IMG/VR virus record: IMGVR_UViG_3300021365_000007
Direction: 5' to 3' (one strand)
From: an uncultured virus (IMG/VR IMGVR_UViG_3300021365_000007)
Lineage: Duplodnaviria > Heunggongvirae > Uroviricota > Caudoviricetes
DNA length: 22,360 bases
The notes under the pieces were generated by a model, which saw only the letters and a list, made by a program, of their open reading frames with translations, did not search any database and was not told where the DNA came from. A program made the translations under genes and the position numbers. Within the stretch, counting starts at the first letter, position 1, and the number at the start of each line of letters is the position of its first letter. Positions 17,782-22,360 of the stretch are shown in pieces.

Positions 17782-18926
17782 TATAATGATTGTAAGTTAA
17801 TTACATCATTTTGCATAGAAAATAATACATCATGTTTTAATTTTATCCACTCTTCATCAGTCTTAGCTGCATATGCAGAAGAGTGATACATACTACCATT
17901 CACACCAACTAAGCTGGAGTGTACGAAGTATTGAAGGCAACGAATAGCACCATCCTCTGAATCAGGGACAGCACCAATGTGCATAGGATCAATAAAAACA
18001 TTGTGTATTTCACCACTATACCAAGCGATATACTTAAGACCACCAACGTGTAAACCTTTTACACAAGTTGAATTATCATTAGTGTTCACTTGATCCCACG
18101 AAGAGAGTCTGTGTGTACAACCAACTTTAATAAAGTGGCCTGGATTAGTAAATCCGTTAGCACCTTCACAATAGAAAGCATCACCTCCAGTCCCCATCAT
18201 AGATGGTTCAAAGAGTCTTTCTTCTACAGTGTCAGGGAAGCCTTCGCCTTCAATCTCTCCAGTATCGACATTGAAAGTACGTTTGTAACGATCAATTTCT
18301 TCACCAGTCTCAGAGTCATACTTATGCATAATTTCTCTAGATACTTTGAAAGCATTTACAAGACCCTCTTTAGTGATCTTTACTTGGTACATAGTAGCAC
18401 GCTGCTCAGCAAGTTCTTCACTTAGTCCATGCTCCTCCATTAACTCTTTCTTGAGTGTAGGGTGCACATACTTCATGTCGATAAACTCGAAGAATCTTTT
18501 AGTAAAGTCTTCTCCTTTCTTACTAAGTATAGGATTACGAAGCCACCTCATCCATAGTTTGTAAAGGGGAGAAACATCCACGCCTTTATCATGTGATTCG
18601 TAGAAACGATTCACTAATGATTCAGGTAGCGGAGTGCTTAATACCTCTCCTTCTCCAAATTGAACAAAATGTCTTCCAGCAGAATCTTTATGAAGAGATA
18701 CACCGCCCAAGAATTGGTCGTGTATCATCTTCTTATCGAAATCTTCTGTAGTTAATAAAGCAAACTTTTCTAGAATGCTATTATATTCTTCCACCGTTGA
18801 AACTTCATCTGCTTGCGTAGCAAGAGATAGCATTTCATTGTAAACATCCTCCTCGTAGTTACGAGAGTACGGGGTGTTGCCGTAGCTGCCGGATATCATT
18901 TCACCTATTCTATTTACATGTATCAT
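17781..18926 (-). CDS. rIIB: RIIB-like protein
   Basis: C-terminal CVKGLHVGGLKY...VFIDPMHIGAVPD matches the RIIB CxxGLH / VxPxxxxxVP motifs. Directly downstream of rIIA with an ATGA overlap. Confidence 0.8.
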   Translation of the reverse strand: MIHVNRIGEMISGSYGNTPYSRNYEEDVYNEMLSLATQADEVSTVEEYNSILEKFALLTTEDFDKKMIHDQFLGGVSLHKDSAGRHFVQFGEGEVLSTPLPESLVNRFYESHDKGVDVSPLYKLWMRWLRNPILSKKGEDFTKRFFEFIDMKYVHPTLKKELMEEHGLSEELAEQRATMYQVKITKEGLVNAFKVSREIMHKYDSETGEEIDRYKRTFNVDTGEIEGEGFPDTVEERLFEPSMMGTGGDAFYCEGANGFTNPGHFIKVGCTHRLSSWDQVNTNDNSTCVKGLHVGGLKYIAWYSGEIHNVFIDPMHIGAVPDSEDGAIRCLQYFVHSSLVGVNGSMYHSSAYAAKTDEEWIKLKHDVLFSMQNDVINLQSL

Positions 18927-21628
18927 AATGGTGGGTTAAACTTATGTCTATTTTTCATCTCAAGATACGAACTAATTTCTTTCCAAAACTCCTGAGAGTC
19001 AATGAAATGAACTTGGTCAAACAGTGGACGTAGAGGCTCTAAGAACTCTTTTAGGTACTGACCCAGTATAAGCATGTCTTCATCCATGATGGTTGATTGA
19101 ATATCTGAAACCTTAAAGACTTCCAAGGATTTATTCTTGATAGCTTCAGGGTCATCATTATCTAACAAGAAGACTTGCATGTCATGCATCTTCTTCATTA
19201 GAGATATAACTTCTTGAGTCTTTTCATTTCCTTTATGAAAATAAAAGTTATTATGATGTTCATATTTATTCTGATACTCTATACATTTAGTAAAGACGTC
19301 TTCGTACTGCGGGTCAACTTCTTGTAATTTAGATACCCAATCTGGGATCTTAGGTAGCATACATCCTGTAAACCATTCTTTGACTTGTTCGTTCATTGTC
19401 CATTTATTATTATCAATCATTGAAAAGAAAGCACTAATGTGCTTAGCGTTTGATCCGTCAAGCTGTTTAGCCATCTTACCAGAAACTTTATACAACTGTA
19501 TCGGAGTCTCCTTCTGTGCTGTTTTATCTTCCCCCATACCACTAGCCCATTTCCCATAGTAATCACTAAAGAAACGTTGTGGTTTGAAGTTAGTAAACAC
19601 AGGATTGTGATTCCGTGCATGTGAATGTGTATTTCTATTTTGATGCCAATAATCCAGATCAGGATAAACACCGTTCCAATCAGGAACATTAGGAGCACAT
19701 ATAGTAGCAGCTAGATATAGTAAGTCAACATCTTCAGATGTACCGTAGTACGTTTCTACTGATGTTTGCTTTAGTAAGTTAAGGGGTGCCTCAACTTTAT
19801 CCCATATCCAGTCATCAACTTCATTGGCATATTTTTTATCACCTGAATCTGCTCGACGTAAAGTAAACAGAACCTGTTCTCCTGTTAACTCTCTACGTTC
19901 TGCAGGTGTCAAGTTTTCAAACTTACCATGCTGTGCTCTTATCTCTTCATCGTGTAATACTCCTGCTTCGAAGTCTTCAGGTATTTCTATTTCATCATAA
20001 TTCCACTTAATCGTAGAAGAGTCTTTAATTAATTCCCAATTACGTACACGCATAAGATTGACATTATCTATATACGCTTCTTTAAGTGGGTTTGAATCTC
20101 CAACTTCTTCTGGATTATGCTGAGTAATGATGGACAGGGTCTGTTCTCTCATAAGGTACAGGTCCTTAGTCTTAGACGGATTGCCTTCAATAAAATACAA
20201 ATTGTCAAAGTTCACCGAACCCCAACCAACTTCTTCTCTTTCAATCTTCCATTTTCCATTCTTAAATGTTCTGTTTACATTTCTTACCTTGTATCCTTTC
20301 AATAGACCACCGGGTCCAGCAAACGTTATAGTTTTATCTCCAGGAAACTTAGGCTTGATCTTTTCTTTATCTACAATACGACCTAGAGCTTTAAGTACTG
20401 AGTCGTCATTGTCTCCTTTATAGAGGACATCTCTGCACTTCTTAATCCACGTCATAAAGTCTTTCTCATCTAACTGTTGTTCAATCACATCTGCTGCGTC
20501 TTGAGCTGCCCTCTCAATTGCACCTTGGATGTATGCTTTGGTATTTTCGTTCCATATAACTTTCTCTCTACTTGGGGTAACATCAACACCTTCCTGTAAT
20601 ACAACTTCAGTTCCATTACCTGGAGATGTATACGCTTGACGTGCAGGACATTTAATAGCCACTGAGCCCCATAAAGATTCCATTTCTAACTCACGGAAAT
20701 CTACATAACCATAGTTAATACCGGTAGTTGACTTTGGATCTTTAACCATTAGTATATGTGGTTTACTCCAACCCCAAGAGTCTGATACAATCAAATTGTC
20801 AGAGTTGTATAAAACTTCACTCTTAACAGTTCTATCTGATTCTACCCCATCCTCGTAGATGTAAGTAAACTTTACATTAGGGAGATAGTTTAGCTGATCC
20901 TGTACAGCTTCTTTAAACTTATCCCTGTTGTGTCTCTTAACACCAAACGATACTTTAGTATAATTAGTGTCTTCAGTATTTTTGTAATAAACATTAGTTC
21001 CGTTAGACATAGTCACATGACCATCTCCTTCAAACTTACCTATCATAAAATCTGTCTTGTAGGCATAACAGTTAAACTTAAATAACTTACCGTCATGCAC
21101 AGTCTCTACAGTATAGAAATCTACTCCTGTTGAGAGCGGGACTTTTGCTCCGAGTCCAAAGGCTCCGAAGTTTTCTGCCGTGTTCCTCTTAGTCGAGAAA
21201 CCCAGTTCCAAATAACCTTCAAGCCTTGGCATTCCAATACCCACACCGTAGTCCAAAACGCTAAAAGTATCACAATAACCCGTGCCAGCTCGCTCGGTGT
21301 ATTGCACTGTGACGCTATCAATAGCACTAAGCCTAGTCCTATTATAGTAGCTAGGATTAAAATTAGAATCTTTATACTCTTCTTCATGTCTAGTTATAAA
21401 ATAATCTTTGACTTCTTTTTCTCCTGACAATATCTCTAAAGCAATTTCCTTCTCACGTTGTGAATCGCAGGCGTTAGTCACCAGCTCACGTACAGTTGAA
21501 GCAATAGGGGTAGAGTATTGTGTAGATTGAAGAATATCAAAGACAAGTTTTTCAGCAGATTTATTTATACGTTTTTCAACACCAGTACTATTACTGTCTG
21601 CATGTGTTCCAATTGTCTTTATACTCAT
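18923..21628 (-). CDS. rIIA: RIIA-like protein with an N-terminal GHKL (HATPase_c/Hsp90-like) ATPase domain
   Basis: YSTPIASTVRELVTNACDS (N-box, RELVTNACDS at 21461-21490), DYGVGIG (G1), STKR...GAFGLGAK (G2) and VTPSRE. Adjacent to rIIB. Confidence 0.85.
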   Translation of the reverse strand: MSIKTIGTHADSNSTGVEKRINKSAEKLVFDILQSTQYSTPIASTVRELVTNACDSQREKEIALEILSGEKEVKDYFITRHEEEYKDSNFNPSYYNRTRLSAIDSVTVQYTERAGTGYCDTFSVLDYGVGIGMPRLEGYLELGFSTKRNTAENFGAFGLGAKVPLSTGVDFYTVETVHDGKLFKFNCYAYKTDFMIGKFEGDGHVTMSNGTNVYYKNTEDTNYTKVSFGVKRHNRDKFKEAVQDQLNYLPNVKFTYIYEDGVESDRTVKSEVLYNSDNLIVSDSWGWSKPHILMVKDPKSTTGINYGYVDFRELEMESLWGSVAIKCPARQAYTSPGNGTEVVLQEGVDVTPSREKVIWNENTKAYIQGAIERAAQDAADVIEQQLDEKDFMTWIKKCRDVLYKGDNDDSVLKALGRIVDKEKIKPKFPGDKTITFAGPGGLLKGYKVRNVNRTFKNGKWKIEREEVGWGSVNFDNLYFIEGNPSKTKDLYLMREQTLSIITQHNPEEVGDSNPLKEAYIDNVNLMRVRNWELIKDSSTIKWNYDEIEIPEDFEAGVLHDEEIRAQHGKFENLTPAERRELTGEQVLFTLRRADSGDKKYANEVDDWIWDKVEAPLNLLKQTSVETYYGTSEDVDLLYLAATICAPNVPDWNGVYPDLDYWHQNRNTHSHARNHNPVFTNFKPQRFFSDYYGKWASGMGEDKTAQKETPIQLYKVSGKMAKQLDGSNAKHISAFFSMIDNNKWTMNEQVKEWFTGCMLPKIPDWVSKLQEVDPQYEDVFTKCIEYQNKYEHHNNFYFHKGNEKTQEVISLMKKMHDMQVFLLDNDDPEAIKNKSLEVFKVSDIQSTIMDEDMLILGQYLKEFLEPLRPLFDQVHFIDSQEFWKEISSYLEMKNRHKFNPPL

Positions 21629-21641
21629 TTATTTTTGCATT

Positions 21642-21668
21642 AAAAAGCCCCAACTATTTAGTCGGGGC
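21642..21668 (-). terminator. Intrinsic terminator-like hairpin between the nuclease gene and rIIA
   Basis: Minus strand reads GCCCCGACT-AAAT-AGTTGGGGC (9-bp stem with one G-U pair) followed by TTTTT. Confidence 0.75.
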
Positions 21669-22124
21669 CATTATTTCTAAAATTTGATTTACAGTCTCAA
21701 TGTTTTGTCGTTGATTCCGTGGTACAAATAGTACCGGGGGATCATCTTGTTCCATTAAGAGCTGTTTAAACATCTTCCACTTAAGCGGAAAGCGTTCGTT
21801 TGCGTAGCCTTTACACTCTATGACCCATCGACCTTTAGGGTCTACAAAGTCAGGAGTGTATGTTATATCTCGCACCTTATGTTTTTGTTTATCTTGGAAT
21901 CCTGTCTTACCGTTGTCCTCGAAAGAGCTATTAGGATAGTGAAAACCTTTTAAAAGAACATACTTATGTTTCTCATAGTCTGCTTCTATATTAGCATCCT
22001 TGAGCATACGATAACAATGTGCTTCTAATTTAGAACGGAATTTGATCCCGTCCACTTCCGTGGGCTTCGACTTTATTTTTGCTTTCCCACTGCGGGCTTT
22101 TCTTTTCCAAGTTCTTGATGACAT
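21654..22124 (-). CDS. PD-(D/E)xK endonuclease, DUF1064 / T7 endonuclease I-like (possible resolvase)
   Basis: TEVDGIKFRSKLEA...ITYTPDFV...VIECKG. The true start could be slightly downstream of 22124. Confidence 0.85.
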   Translation of the reverse strand: MSSRTWKRKARSGKAKIKSKPTEVDGIKFRSKLEAHCYRMLKDANIEADYEKHKYVLLKGFHYPNSSFEDNGKTGFQDKQKHKVRDITYTPDFVDPKGRWVIECKGYANERFPLKWKMFKQLLMEQDDPPVLFVPRNQRQNIETVNQILEIMAPTK

Positions 22125-22359
22125 CTTTTGCTGTTTCTATTCCATGATCTTTAACTAAGTCCGATATATCCTTACTCTTATAGTGAGAAGGTATCTTCAA
22201 ATTAGTTAGATCATACTTACTGCAAATCTTTGCAGCCATAGTTTGTCCAGGATTAGAAGCCTTCTCAAAGTCGTTGTCGTAAAAGACTATTACTTTTTTG
22301 AAGCGCGTTTTGATTTCTTCAATGGTTTCTTTACTTGGCACAAGCATTTCTGACTGAAG
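22030..22359 (-). CDS. DNA primase, C-terminal TOPRIM portion (5' end outside the window)
   Basis: The frame stays open to the window edge (LQSE-MLVP). TOPRIM DxD motif VIVFYDND...GQ and downstream KDISD. Confidence 0.8.
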   Translation of the reverse strand, partial: LQSEMLVPSKETIEEIKTRFKKVIVFYDNDFEKASNPGQTMAAKICSKYDLTNLKIPSHYKSKDISDLVKDHGIETAKDVIKNLEKKSPQWESKNKVEAHGSGRDQIPF

Positions 22360-22360
22360 A

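Noticed and set aside
15484..21387. Short nested ORFs at 15484, 18090, 18346, 19417, 20117, 20127 and 21121
   Set aside because: All lie within well-supported genes and have no independent evidence. 21121-21387 has hydrophobic stretches resembling a small membrane protein, but it overlaps the conserved rIIA ATPase motifs and cannot be supported from sequence alone.
1..22360. Stop-codon reassignment (TAG or TGA), known in some crAss-like phages
   Set aside because: Genes are full length in code 11. TAG (15933, 17781, 21654) and TGA (16247, 18923) end genes at tight gene junctions or terminators.
1..22360. tRNA/rRNA genes, integrase, transposase or a host-type TAnnTTTG promoter in intergenic gaps
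   Set aside because: The window is almost entirely coding with intergenic gaps of 35 nt or less, and no such motifs were seen.

Overview
Fragment of a Bacteroidota (probably Flavobacteriales-infecting) crAss-like/phi14:2-like phage genome, read in standard code 11, with two convergent modules. The + strand (1-15897, late genes by analogy) carries a >=3493-aa giant protein, truncated at the window start, with an ejection-protein-like N-terminus, a zincin HExxH domain and a two-barrel virion RNA polymerase (GYRIPHQ...GSDFDVDK). It is followed by a translationally coupled 1286-aa putative ejected protein and two host-like secreted proteins, one with a dockerin/EF-hand-like tail and one with a type B T9SS (CHU_C) C-terminal domain. 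The - strand (15933-22360) carries the primase C-terminus, a DUF1064-like nuclease, rIIA, rIIB, a 5'-3' exonuclease, a hypothetical protein and Nmad1/DUF1599. A bidirectional terminator separates the modules. Two observations stand out. First, the two giant proteins (about 4780 visible aa) each contain one cysteine, the penultimate residue of the first and residue 3 of the second, suggesting a tail-to-head disulfide link. Second, the phage encodes apparent cargo for the host type IX secretion system. All family assignments come from motif recognition by eye; no searches were run.
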